The notes beneath the pieces were generated by a model. That model saw nothing but the letters and a program-made list of their open reading frames with translations. It did not search any database and had not been told where the DNA came from. A stretch of DNA of 63,589 bases, the filler included, from Octopus bimaculoides (Eukaryota), in assembly GCF_001194135.2 (NCBI RefSeq). It is 11 parts of 10 records of this genome, joined end to end, with 100 filler letters (N's around TTAATTAATTAA, not from the genome) between each part and the next. Parts side by side here need not be neighbours in the genome. Positions count along the whole stretch, not along the records: positions 1 to 14,860 come from NC_068991.1; positions 14,961 to 17,246 come from NC_068982.1; positions 17,347 to 20,769 come from NW_026414619.1; positions 20,870 to 31,721 come from NC_068988.1; 7 more parts are not named here. One strand, given 5' to 3'. How positions within the stretch are numbered: the first letter of the stretch is position 1; each line of letters opens with the position of its first letter. Position numbers and translations under genes: made by a program. Of this stretch, positions 11,294 through 23,512 are shown piece by piece.

Positions 11294-11454
11294 TTAAGCT
11301 AAAGAAAAACAAATGGACAAGACAAAAACTGCAAAAATAACTAATATATGAGAAAACCTTGAGTAGCGGCGCATAGTATTATATGAAGCCAAAGTTGCTG
11401 GAACCGTTCCATCATCAATCAGTTGAACTGTTTTATTTGAAGGTTCAAGTTCCA
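11294..11454 (-). CDS. Candidate terminal exon ending in a hydrophobic tail (GPI-signal or tail-anchor-like)
   Basis: After ctgaccAG: ELEPSNKTVQLIDDGTVPATLASYNTMRRYSRFSHILVIFAVFVLSICFSLA*. An alternative acceptor near 11522 (CTAAC branch point, cccAG) gives a different frame, FKDLMELCCHAKRFLSLAK. No homolog recognised. Confidence 0.3.
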
Positions 11455-12071
11455 CTGGTCAGTTTTGGCTAATGAGAGAAATCTTTTAGCATGGCAGCAC
11501 AATTCCATCAAATCCTTAAACCTGGGATTTCATAAAGCTTAACGTTAGTTTTTTTTTATCTTTGTGTATGTGTCTGTGCTTGGATGGAGGAGCGAAAGAG
11601 ACACAGAGAGAGAAAGAGAGGGAAGGGTAGGCAAGGTATGAGGTGTGGTGGTGGGGATTTAGAGACTGAACATCAGACTTTCAGAGAACAAACTGCGTTA
11701 CGCCTGCAACTTTGAAATGTCCAAAGTTTTCATGAGAATTGCCAAAAACCAGTAAAACGATATCAAAGTGTATTTTAAGATGAGAAAACTTTTGGGATAC
11801 AAGTTTAGGGAAGTAAAGAGGGTTAGTGTGGGAAACTTTGTGGTCTCATTCAAATTTATCATTATTTGCTGGTTCGAATCTAATAAGAAACCTTTCTTCA
11901 GTTAATACTGATCACGTGTCATTGTCTTAAAACATGGATGATGCATAAGAGAAGATAGTTTTCCTCAATAAAATAGATAGTCACGGCTAAAACACTTTTG
12001 ATTTAGAGTTTTCACAGGGCAGGTATAGGCTCCAAGCAACAACTATATTGACCCAAATCAGCAAACAGCTT

Positions 12072-12678
12072 GGATCTAGTTCAAAACGGGGGCACCAGTT
12101 TTCATTTATGTTTTATGTAGTGTTTTTGGTACCGAAAGACTTTCAAACTTCGTATACTTATCTATTTTGTGTTATAGAACAGAAAAAAAATTTGTATTCG
12201 GAGTTATTTCATGTAAAAAATTGTCTTATTTCGATAATTTCAACCAATCACTGACAAGTATTCAGCTGTTTATACTTACTCCTTTGGCAGTTTAAGCGGT
12301 GTAAAGCGTATTTAATCTCCATTTATAATTTCGTTAACATCTGCCTGAACTGTATGAAAGGTTTATTAGCTACTGCCTAACCCTACTGCCAATATGCTTC
12401 AGCCATTTTTTGACAAAAAAATAATTTTATCACCGCCAGAATCGTTTGAGAATCGTTTGTTTACGTAGTCAGCACTTAATGTATTCGACTGAATAGACGT
12501 CAGTCATTGGTTGAAATTACAGAAATACGACAACTTTAACATGAAATAACTTGCGATGTACGTTTTTTTGTTAAGAAGACTAAGAGAAAAATATGTTTTA
12601 TATGACATTCTACCAGTGTCCCAAGTTTCAAAGTGTTTCGTTAAGAAAATACTGGTGCCCCCGTTTTGAACTAGATCC
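12072..12678. mobile_element. 607-bp MITE with perfect 28-bp TIRs and 8-bp TSD
   Basis: GGATCTAGTTCAAAACGGGGGCACCAGT at 12072-12099 and its exact reverse complement at 12651-12678. Flanks are AACAGCTT and AGCAGCTT. Confidence 0.9.
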
Positions 12679-13336
12679 AGCAGCTTCTACAGAAAACACA
12701 TGGACATTCGACTAGTTAGAAATACCAACTAAATCACCTTCAATTTCTAATTTACTCTCCTCATTTGAAAAAACGTGAGTATCTGGTCTGGTCACCATCA
12801 TCATTACTGTAATCACCACCAACATATACCTACAGACATGGTTGTAAATGTCAACACTGTAGCTGTAAACGCTGTTCAGTTATGTTCCCTGCCAAGAGAC
12901 TTCGCCTGGAACCAACCTTCAGCCACTAACAGGAATCATAAGCTGTCAAACACAGTTACACATCTTAAACGTTATTTCTAATCTCAAGCCTTCATGTTAA
13001 TTTTTTTTTAATGTTTCGTGTGAGCAAAATTAACCACTACTATTAACAGTCTACCTGTGTGTGTGTGTGTTTGTGTGTGTATGTGAGGATACGAAAATGC
13101 TATGTTCGTGCACTTAACTCTAAAAAAAAAAATTAGCTACATTGAGAAGAAATACTTTCAATTCCAAAATGTTTACACAAGGTAATCTTATCTGTCCACA
13201 ACTGTTGGTGTAAGAAGTGGATATTAGAATTCAATAAACCACAAGCATTTGTAATTATTTTATTGATATTTACAGTTAACATTCTCAAATATAGACTAAA
13301 TAGAAAGGACAAAAATAAGTGAAAATTTAGAAATTG

Positions 13337-13394
<58 letters not shown>

Positions 13395-14065
13395 NNNNNN
13401 NNNNNNNNNNNNNNNNNNNNNNNNNNNNNNNNNNNNNNNNNNNNNNNNNNNNNNNNNNNNNNNNNNNNNNNNNNNNNNNNNNNNNNNNNNNNNNNNNNNN
13501 NNNNNNNNNNNNNNNNNNNNNNNNNNNNNNNNNNNNNNNNNNNNNNNNNNNNNNNNNNNNNNNNNNNNNNNNNNNNNNNNNNNNNNNNNNNNNNNNNNNN
13601 NNNNNNNNNNNNNNNNNNNNNNNNNNNNNNNNNNNNNNNNNNNNNNNNNNNNNNNNNNNNNNNNNNNNNNNNNNNNNNNNNNNNNNNNNNNNNNNNNNNN
13701 NNNNNNNNNNNNNNNNNNNNNNNNNNNNNNNNNNNNNNNNNNNNNNNNNNNNNNNNNNNNNNNNNNNNNNNNNNNNNNNNNNNNNNNNNNNNNNNNNNNN
13801 NNNNNNNNNNNNNNNNNNNNNNNNNNNNNNNNNNNNNNNNNNNNNNNNNNNNNNNNNNNNNNNNNNNNNNNNNNNNNNNNNNNNNNNNNNNNNNNNNNNN
13901 NNNNNNNNNNNNNNNNNNNNNNNNNNNNNNNNNNNNNNNNNNNNNNNNNNNNNNNNNNNNNNNNNNNNNNNNNNNNNNNNNNNNNNNNNNNNNNNNNNNN
14001 NNNNNNNNNNNNNNNNNNNNNNNNNNNNNNNNNNNNNNNNNNNNNNNNNNNNNNNNNNNNNNNNN

Positions 14066-14096
<31 letters not shown>

Positions 14097-14810
14097 CCTG
14101 AAAATTATATATATATATATATGTATGTATGTATATGTATATATGAAATTTTCAAGATCCGATAGAATCAGGTATTTAAATAGTAAAACCGCTAAGCTAG
14201 AGTCAAGTATAGCGCAGCAGTGCACTAATAATGTGTGTTGAGGTATACGTCCTTACTAAAGTAAATACCGATTTGTCACTCTAGTTATGCACTCATTCAC
14301 AACTACTGAGAGAATATACAACGTGTAATCAAAGTCAAACAGAGGTACACACGACACATATTCCACGATAGAGTTCAACTACAACGCACGGAAGGTTCCG
14401 AGATAGGCTGACGTTCGCTACAACTGTTTCAGACGTGTTCTTTATTGATAAACAAAAGTGTTACATCATGCAAAAAATATAGTTTTCATCAAATAAATTA
14501 AGACTGAAATTTAGCATGTAAGATTCCTCACAAAAATATAACATAGTTGACCCTCCCGTCAAGGTTGCAACTGGGAGATATATATATTTGCTATAAAATT
14601 TGAATTCTTTCTATTTCTTTGTGTTCTGCGATAAATTCTTGCACAAAATATATTTTCATTCTCACGACGTAAACCTATCACTAGTATATACATAATGCTG
14701 TGTATCTGTGTGTGTGTGTGTAAGAGAGAGAGGGCGACAGACAGACAGACAGACAGAGGAAGTGTCAGAGATAGAATGTGAGTGTGTGTATGTGTGTCTT
14801 TGTGTGTGTG

Positions 14811-14860
<50 letters not shown>

Positions 14861-14960
14861 NNNNNNNNNNNNNNNNNNNNNNNNNNNNNNNNNNNNNNNN
14901 NNNNTTAATTAATTAANNNNNNNNNNNNNNNNNNNNNNNNNNNNNNNNNNNNNNNNNNNN

Positions 14961-15180
14961 AATCCTACTGCGTGGCACCTTGGGCAAGTGTCTTCTACTA
15001 TAGCCTCGGGCTGGTCAAGGCCTTGTGATTGGATTTGGTAGACAGAAACTGAAAGAAGCCCGTCGTATATATATATATATATATATATATGGGGTCGATT
15101 TCTTCGACTAAAGGCGGTGCTCCAGCATGACCACAGTCAAATGACTGAAACAAGTACAGTAGCAAAGAGTAAGAGTATAC
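14961..15180 (+). mobile_element. SINE family A (head in gap), internal (TA)n, then 3' tail module
   Basis: GCGTGGCACCTTGGGCAAGTGTCTTCTACTATAGCC...GAAAGAAGCCCGTCG-(TA)n-GGGGTCGATTT...GACTGAAACAAGT. Confidence 0.85.
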
Positions 15181-15439
15181 TATAAATGATTCTCTCACAC
15201 ACACATTTATATTTCAAATCCCATCTAACATCATATATAACCCATCACTATTCACTAGCCTATACACTCAAACACTATTGAATTACAACCACTCAAATAC
15301 ACTATATTTCAGTTATACTCATAATACTTATACACACTACACCCCACTCGCTTATACATGCACTCTGGCACACAACACTTTGCCTACTTAGACACATGCA
15401 GCTCTTAAGACACATACTGGCACTTTGTCAGTTACAGCA

Positions 15440-15720
15440 ACAAGCGTTCCTATTCATCTGACCAACAGAACAACCTGGTTGTGAAATTAATGTGCAAATG
15501 GCTGAGCACTCCACAGACATATGTACCCTTAACATAGTTCTCATGGAGATTCAGCATGACACAGTGTGACATGGCTGGCCTTTTGAAATACAGGTACAAC
15601 TCATTTTTGCTAGCTGAGTTGACTGGAACAATGTGAAATAAAGTGTCTTGCTCAAGGATATCAGGAATTAAACTCACAACTTTACGATTGTAAGCCGACT
15701 ACCCTAACCACTAAGCCATA
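15440..15720 (-). mobile_element. tRNA-derived SINE, family D
   Basis: Minus head with A box TGGCTTAGTGG and B-box-like GAGTTTAATTCC. Body shared with 54900-55287. Confidence 0.8.
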
Positions 15721-16479
15721 TATGCCTTCACAGATGCATGCACCTCAGCCAGAAACAACATGCTGCGCATTCCTTTCATGCAACCTCCCCTTAGTGGTAT
15801 CTAGAAGTGATCACTCGAATTATGAGATGAGGTTAATGTCCTCAAATGAAATCAAAAACCATTGTAACCAGACTTTCTGCTTTAAACTAGGCAGTGAAAA
15901 TATTTGCGCGACTGAGTAAGGAGTGAGGTAACGACTGGGTGGGAGAGAGAGTAAGTGACAGGTGAGTGAGTGAGTGACCTGTGAAGGAGTGAGTGACTGA
16001 GTGTTTGGCAAGGAAGTGAGTGACTGTAGAGAGTTAACCTAGATTTTCGTCAACAGTTAATGTAACCTATTTTTTTTCATAATACCCAATTTTCAAATCA
16101 TTCAATGTTGTAATAAACATGCAGACATGTCTGTGTGTGTGTGTGTGTGTGTGTGTTTGTATATATAACTCTTGTGTTTGTGTGTGTATAATTTGATAGT
16201 ATAATGAAAAGACAAACAAAATCTCTTGTTTTACTCTGGTTTAGAAAGAAACTCTGTAAATTATTCGAATGTATATAATACAAAAAGAAAATCTGAGGAC
16301 AAATTATGTTTAATACCTCATTGGAATTTGGAATTACATGGAACTCTGAGCATTGCTTAACTGTTATGCCATCTCATTTGAAATACCAGTTCTTCAGTAC
16401 ATGGATGTATGTGTGTGTAAACACACACACACATGTATGTAGGTATAGGTATAAATGTATATGTATGTATGTATGTATG

Positions 16480-16551
<72 letters not shown>

Positions 16552-16995
16552 TGTATGTATATATAATATATGAATCTGTGTGTGAGTGTGTATATGTATG
16601 TGTATGTATGTATATATGTATGTGTATATATATGTATGTGTAATACGGCTTTTTAAATTGCATGAACTAAAAGGTGGCGAGCTGGCAGAATTGTTAGCAT
16701 GCCAATCAAAATGCTTAGCGGTATTTTGTCTGCTGTTACGGTCTGTATATATATATGTATATATGTATATATATATGTAAATCCTTTTGTTATTTACACC
16801 ACCTGTCCTCGTCTGTTGTTTTTTCGTATATTCTCCCATATATATATATCTATATATGCATATGTATATCTATATGTGCACATATATATCTATATATGTA
16901 TATATGTATACATATAGATGTAGGTATGTACATATATGTAAGGATATATGCATATATTTATATATTATTTATATTATATATATATATATATATAT

Positions 16996-17230
16996 CCAGC
17001 ACTCGTGCTGGTGGCATGTGAACAAAACATTGGACTGACTCCTGTGCAGGTGGCACATTAAAAAGCACCCACTACACTCTCGGAGTGGTTGGTGTTAGCA
17101 AGGGCATCCTGCTGTAGAAACTCTGCCAGATCAGATTGGTGTCTGGTGTAGCCATCTGGTTTGCCAGTCCCCAGTGAAATTGTCGAACCAATACTAGCAT
17201 GGAAAACGGATGTTAAAGGATGATGACGAT
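16996..17230 (+). mobile_element. SINE family C (GCATGGAAAxCGGAxGTTAAA-(GAT)n tail)
   Basis: Homologous to copies at 51736, 56916 and 59453. Confidence 0.8.
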
Positions 17231-17346
17231 ATATATATATATATATNNNNNNNNNNNNNNNNNNNNNNNNNNNNNNNNNNNNNNNNNNNNTTAATTAATT
17301 AANNNNNNNNNNNNNNNNNNNNNNNNNNNNNNNNNNNNNNNNNNNN

Positions 17347-17404
<58 letters not shown>

Positions 17405-17622
17405 ACACACATATACACACACAAAGATGATTACGAAACTGAGGGAGCGGTCGATAGGGAAAGAGGATCAGAGCTGCCAGGGTTTTCGATGAGAGTGACG
17501 ATGGTGGTGATGATGATGATGATGAAGTGAGGGCTTACAGTGATGGTGAGGAAGACAACGACCACGATGCTGTTGCTACTAGTAACAGCAACAACAACAA
17601 CAACAACAACAACAAGAATCAC

Positions 17623-17660
<38 letters not shown>

Positions 17661-18201
17661 TAATAATAATAATAATAATAATAACGATAATAATAACAAT
17701 AATAATAATAACAAGGGTACGGTAGTATATTTTTNNNNNNNNNNNNNNNNNNNNNNNNNNNNNNNNNNNNNNNNNNNNNNNNNNNNNNNNNNNNNNNNNN
17801 NNNNNNNNNNNNNNNNNNNNNNNNNNNNNNNNNNNNNNNNNNNNNNNNNNNNNNNNNNNNNNNNNNNNNNNNNNNNNNNNNNNNNNNNNNNNNNNNNNNN
17901 NNNNNNNNNNNNNNNNNNNNNNNNNNNNNNNNNNNNNNNNNNNNNNNNNNNNNNNNNNNNNNNNNNNNNNNNNNNNNNNNNNNNNNNNNNNNNNNNNNNN
18001 NNNNNNNNNNNNNNNNNNNNNNNNNNNNNNNNNNNNNNNNNNNNNNNNNNNNNNNNNNNNNNNNNNNNNNNNNNNNNNNNNNNNNNNNNNNNNNNNNNNN
18101 NNNNNNNNNNNNNNNNNNNNNNNNNNNNNNNNNNNNNNNNNNNNNNNNNNNNNNNNNNNNNNNNNNNNNNNNNNNNNNNNNNNNNNNNNNNNNNNNNNNN
18201 N

Positions 18202-18400
18202 TCCATAGGGGTTAGTTCAGGGCTTCTAGGTTTCAATCAAACGGCCAGGGAACCTGTTATTGAGAGCTTGTCACACGTTATGGCTGTAGTGAGCCGGCGC
18301 TCCGTCCTGCTGGAGAAATACACTTATTCCCTTTTCTCTTTCTATGTCTGCAATTTGAGGGAACACATAAATTTCTGTCGCCCGTAATCGTGTTTTGGTA
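18202..18400 (-). mobile_element. Tc1/mariner transposase catalytic-core fragment
   Basis: Minus frames VFPQIADIEREKGISVFLQQDGAPAHYSHNV*QALNNRFPGR and PRSPELTPM carry the second and third catalytic-residue motifs. Confidence 0.85.
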
Positions 18401-19604
18401 AAGTTTACAAATAATATTTTAATAATTATATACAATTAACCAAAGGTTTAATTCACTGTCTTTCTTTTGCGCGCCTACAACCCAGTGTGTTATTCTCGGA
18501 GATTTTAAGGTGGTAATAGCGACTTTTGGCGTCTATTCTTCCAGCGCGTGGGGAGGCTTATAGCCAATCCCTTGTTATAATTATGTATATAATTATTAAT
18601 ATAAATAATAAATGAGTATATGCATGATGGATGTATACGTACAGGTATGTGCATACCTACGTCTACCTGTATATATAGGTGCATATCTGGGTACAGGACG
18701 TTGCAAACAAAACGTAGACAAAAAAATAATAATAACCAGAGTACAGAGCACACAGAGGCCACATAGAGAACATCCTTCATCAGCTACCCCCATTCTAACA
18801 CAGGTGTTTCGAAGAGTATGGTAGAAATTATTATTATATATTATTAATATATATATATATATATTAACACGTGTATATATCGATCGAGGGGTCCGGTTTT
18901 ATCGAAACAAAAGTTTTAACCGTTAAACGATACTACATTTACTCTCAAATACGCATGTGACCTACAAATTATTGATTTAAATAATCAGCCTGTTTATTTA
19001 TTTTTTTTTTAATTAACTTTCATAATTTTCAGTTTTGTTTCATGCAACTATTTTCAAAGCATGTCAGTCAATTCGCTGCTAGGCATAGCGGCGACAAAAA
19101 TTATACTAAGGGCCTTCTTCTTCTCACACAATAAGCTGACAGTGTTTGTGTTTTTAAACTCTGCCTCCTCTTTCATTTTATTCAAAAATTTGCCCCCCGG
19201 TGTATGGGGGATTTGTGCTTTTGTGTTGTTTCCTTAATGAAAGGGTTATAAATTTCCTTCGCTCTAGCATCAAAAGCGTAACTCGTTCCCTAATTTACTA
19301 CGCTCACACGCTTTACAAAAATGAAACACACAAACATGTACACACACTTACACACTCTTACACACACATACAGACACACACAGAGTTCCACGCATGAGAT
19401 TTGTTGCAAGCATCTATTACCTTTTAACTATATATATATTAGATTGCGGCCATGCTGGAGCAAGACCTTGAAGAAGTATTAGTCGAATGAATCGACCCTG
19501 TACTTAAGCTTGGTAGGTACTTATTCTATCGACCGCCTCTTCTGACGACCGCTAAGTCACGCGACGTAAACAAACCAACACCGGTTGTTGAGCGATAGTG
19601 CTGC

Positions 19605-19828
19605 CAATGAAATTGGTCCGAACCAAGGTCGTCACTGGTGACGAAAGCTGGTGCTACGGAATTTGCAGATGTGGAAAAAGTTAAGAAAGAACCGACGGAG
19701 TCGTTAAAAGGCATCGCAAGAGTTCCAGGAATGCTTCGAACAGTGGGAAACCCGTCTGGACCGATGCATGGCTTCAAATGAAGAATTCTTTGAAGGCGAA
19801 ATTCCGGTTTCTTTTGGGTACCCCCTCG
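19605..19828 (+). mobile_element. Mariner 3' fragment with internal deletions and right TIR
   Basis: KVVTGDESWCYG is joined to FADVEKVKK...EFQECFEQWETRLDRCMASNEEFFEG. TIR CCGGTTTCTTTTGGGTACCCCCTCG is followed by TA. Interrupts a SINE tail at 19440-19600. Confidence 0.9.
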
Positions 19829-20536
19829 TATATACGTGAATGCATGCATAGACACACACTCTAATATAAGCACACACATACACACATACACACATACACA
19901 CACACACACATACACGCACGCACGCATACACAAATATATATCTACATGGATACCTAATGATTTTGACATNNNNNNNNNNNNNNNNNNNNNNNNNNNNNNN
20001 NNNNNNNNNNNNNNNNNNNNNNNNNNNNNNNNNNNNNNNNNNNNNNNNNNNNNNNNNNNNNNNNNNNNNNNNNNNNNNNNNNNNNNNNNNNNNNNNNNNN
20101 NNNNNNNNNNNNNNNNNNNNNNNNNNNNNNNNNNNNNNNNNNNNNNNNNNNNNNNNNNNNNNNNNNNNNNNNNNNNNNNNNNNNNNNNNNNNNNNNNNNN
20201 NNNNNNNNNNNNNNNNNNNNNNNNNNNNNNNNNNNNNNNNNNNNNNNNNNNNNNNNNNNNNNNNNNNNNNNNNNNNNNNNNNNNNNNNNNNNNNNNNNNN
20301 NNNNNNNNNNNNNNNNNNNNNNNNNNNNNNNNNNNNNNNNNNNNNNNNNNNNNNNNNNNNNNNNNNNNNNNNNNNNNNNNNNNNNNNNNNNNNNNNNNNN
20401 NNNNNNNNNNNNNNNNNNNNNNNNNNNNNNNNNNNNNNNNNNNNNNNNNNNNNNNNNNNNNNCCTGAGCGTCCAATAATACTATCCATATCACGTCCTCA
20501 CTTTGTTGTTTTTTTGTTATTGTTTTTTTGAACTAT

Positions 20537-20567
<31 letters not shown>

Positions 20568-20869
20568 CATACACACACACACAGAGGCACATGTACACAC
20601 ATACACACACCTATACAGGCCAACTCTCACGCACACAATCATTCTAACGCTAACATACAAACTCACACACACACACTCACACACAAGCGCGCAAACACTT
20701 ACACACGCATTCACATACGCACACACATGCACACTGATACACACAGACTCACGCATATACATACACATTNNNNNNNNNNNNNNNNNNNNNNNNNNNNNNN
20801 NNNNNNNNNNNNNTTAATTAATTAANNNNNNNNNNNNNNNNNNNNNNNNNNNNNNNNNNNNNNNNNNNN

Positions 20870-20949
<80 letters not shown>

Positions 20950-20951
<2 letters not shown>

Positions 20952-21130
20952 TCGAAAATACCTTAGGAATGAGAATCCAGATTTGAAATTTCCCCAAGAC
21001 ATCTGATAAAGGATGGAGGGTATATCAGCTGAAACGTTGTGTTAACAACAAAGAAGATGAGGACAAATATCCATCAAATGTAAATAATGTAAATAATGGA
21101 CATAATTCCTCATCTCTTAAATATAGAACT
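20950..21130 (+). mobile_element. Short non-coding hammerhead-bearing repeat next to (AAT)n
   Basis: About 180 bp with no ORF, directly after (AAT)n at 20870-20949, containing the fold at 20998-21043. Confidence 0.5.
20998..21043 (+). ncRNA. Degenerate minimal hammerhead ribozyme
   Basis: GACAT-CTGATAA-A-GGATG(GAGGGTATAT)CAGCT-GAA-ACGT-T-GTGTT. Stem I pairs and stem III is an ACGT palindrome; G8 is changed to A and stem II has mismatches. Confidence 0.55.
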
Positions 21131-21562
21131 GTAGTAAATACTCATATAACCATTGAAACTTACATTGAATTTAATGCTAATAATTATTTTGCTTATAACG
21201 ACTTCATACAGAACTTGAAGCACTCTCTAATTTTCTCATTACCCACCTGATTATAAGATATGTACTCTAGTCAATAGGTTTCTGTTTTCAGTGAATGTAA
21301 ACCTAAAGTATTTATTTTTAGCCAAAATGTCATTTTACTATATTTAGTAAGAAATATATCTTCCTAGAAATATATCACTATTTTTTATACAGATATATCT
21401 ATCTCTAACTTGCATGTATATCACTGTTTCATCATTCCATGTACTGGTATAACCATCTCCATAATTTGCTCATGTATCACTATTCTCTGTACTAGTATAA
21501 TTCTATATGTGACCTATTTGTTTAACTAATGAAGTACAAATTAAGCTGTCTTATTTTCGACA

Positions 21563-21889
21563 CCAGGACTTATTCTTTTGTAAGCCTAGTACTTATTCTA
21601 TCGGTTTCTTTTTGCTGAACCTCTAAGTTACGGGGATGTAAACACTAGCATCGGTTGTCAAGCAATGTTGGTGGGGACAAACACAGATACACGAACACCC
21701 ACACATATATATACATATACATATACATATATACGATGGGCTTCTTTCAGTTTCCGTCTACCAAATCCACTCACAAGGCTTTGGTCGGCCCGATGCTATA
21801 GTAGAAGACACTTGCCCAAGGTGCCACACTGGGACTGAACCCGGAACCATGTGGTTGGTAAGCAAGCTACTTACCACACAGCCACTCCT
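21563..21889 (-). mobile_element. SINE family A with internal microsatellite and partial tail
   Basis: Head AGGAGTGGCTGTGTGGTAAG...GGTTCAGTCCC, CORE-like CCTTGGGCAAGT, then (TA/TG)n, then the tail module. Confidence 0.9.
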
Positions 21890-23301
21890 CTGTGAATTTT
21901 TGATACTATCTCGTACACTTTAACACTCTTCTGCCTAAACACACCTAATTTCTTGTCTCCTGTTTGCCTACAGAAATTGTTTACGGCTTCATTATTTTTT
22001 ATCACTAGCTTTTATTCGTGTAATTCACTGCCATAGTTCACCTTACTTGAAAATGCTGTGTAATATGTATTATTCTAAGAATTCCATATTTACCTATCTA
22101 CATAAAAGTTAACTAGAGCCAGTGAAGGACCTAGAAATAGTAATCAAATATCTCTCAGATTACACTCTCTTAAAAAAGTCACATTGAATAATGTGGTCCA
22201 AGGTGCACTATACATAGTTGGAATGCATTTGATTTAAGATACAATTAAACATTTGACGTAAGATATATATTCACATACAATTAAACAACAGTAACAAGAA
22301 CAATGAGATATTACTGTCAGCAAGTTGAAAGTTTAAACCTTACAGAGAAACACTTCTACTTCCATATCTTGCTGTGTAGTGTGATTCATTTAATAACTTT
22401 TACCATACTTAATCTGAGATTGCTAGTCACTAATCGATTGTTAGGGAAGGCTTTCTTCAGTCTCTCTCTTTCTGGTTTGAACAAAGCTGACCCGACTTAT
22501 TTGTCCTCTTCATTATTAAGTTACCAATAAGCTGGCTGCTTTCTCAAATGCACCTTACAAATGGTCAGAAAATTTACATTAAATTACACACTTTGTTCCT
22601 TCATTTTTTTTGTAGCATGGCCAGTCACCATGTACAGCAGTTATGATCATCTCCATGTTTCTAAAAGTGATTATTCACATTTGAAGCTACTTTAGATGTT
22701 GATGTTGCTTGGGTTCAGTTTATCCCTAAGTGAGAAGATATTTCAGCTATGACCATCCCATCTTTTGTTTTTGACATTATATGTATCATGATTGCATTAT
22801 TCTTACTGTTACTGAAATGGTAAAGGATAATTTGAAGGAGATGATGTCATTAGTTTCCAAAAGTCACAGACTGGTCTTTTGTTTGTTAATCTTATTTTGT
22901 GGTGTCGAAATAATGGGTAAGGTCATTGCCAGTTACAATCTCAACTCAATTATTCTAATGGTTATTCTTGCTAGTTATATTTCCCACCTATTTCATTGTG
23001 AAGAGTATATTTAAAACACACTTGTATACTTGTTTAGTTACCTTCCTGGAATTTTACTTTTGTTCCTCATCTGAGATGTATCTAAACTAAGCATGGTGGA
23101 ACTTGACTTTTGCACTTCATTTCTGCCCCTTACAAGTCGTACACAATTCACTTCTAACTCTTTCCACCATCTTTAATATCTCAATAATATCATTGCAAAA
23201 TTACTGCAATATTACTGTAATATCACCAGACATTAGTTTACATTTATTCTGCCAACATTAAGAATAAAAAAATGACAGATAAAAAATTGATTAACTGTTA
23301 T

Positions 23302-23512
23302 GTGAGTTGTGTGTAGATATAATACTAGCTATTGTTCATATAATACTAGCTATTGTCTATAGTATAAAACGACATCACAGATGGAGAAATGCAGGTAGGT
23401 ACAGCAGGATAACTGATGTCTAACTGCAAAGAGCGATGATGAAAAAGCATGAGATGAAGAGGCGGTCTATACAAATACAACATACACATCTATACACAAA
23501 TACTTACATGCA
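23302..23512 (+). repeat. Left arm of a 211-bp inverted repeat
   Basis: Reverse complement of 24757-24967 with one mismatch (23358 T opposite 24911 G). Confidence 0.95.

Noticed and set aside
12690-12780. Plus-strand exon candidate ending at a strong AC|GTGAGT donor
   Set aside because: All three frames from the best acceptor (ctacAG) contain stops.
14395-14475. Minus-strand GAAACAGTTGTA with a possible upstream ATGATGT core
   Set aside because: The core has substitutions at positions 3 and 9 and stem II does not pair; too degenerate to call.
17527-18387. Poly-Asn ORFs here and at 37177 and 62146
   Set aside because: (AAT)n microsatellites; the non-repeat parts are transposon fragments on the same or opposite strand.
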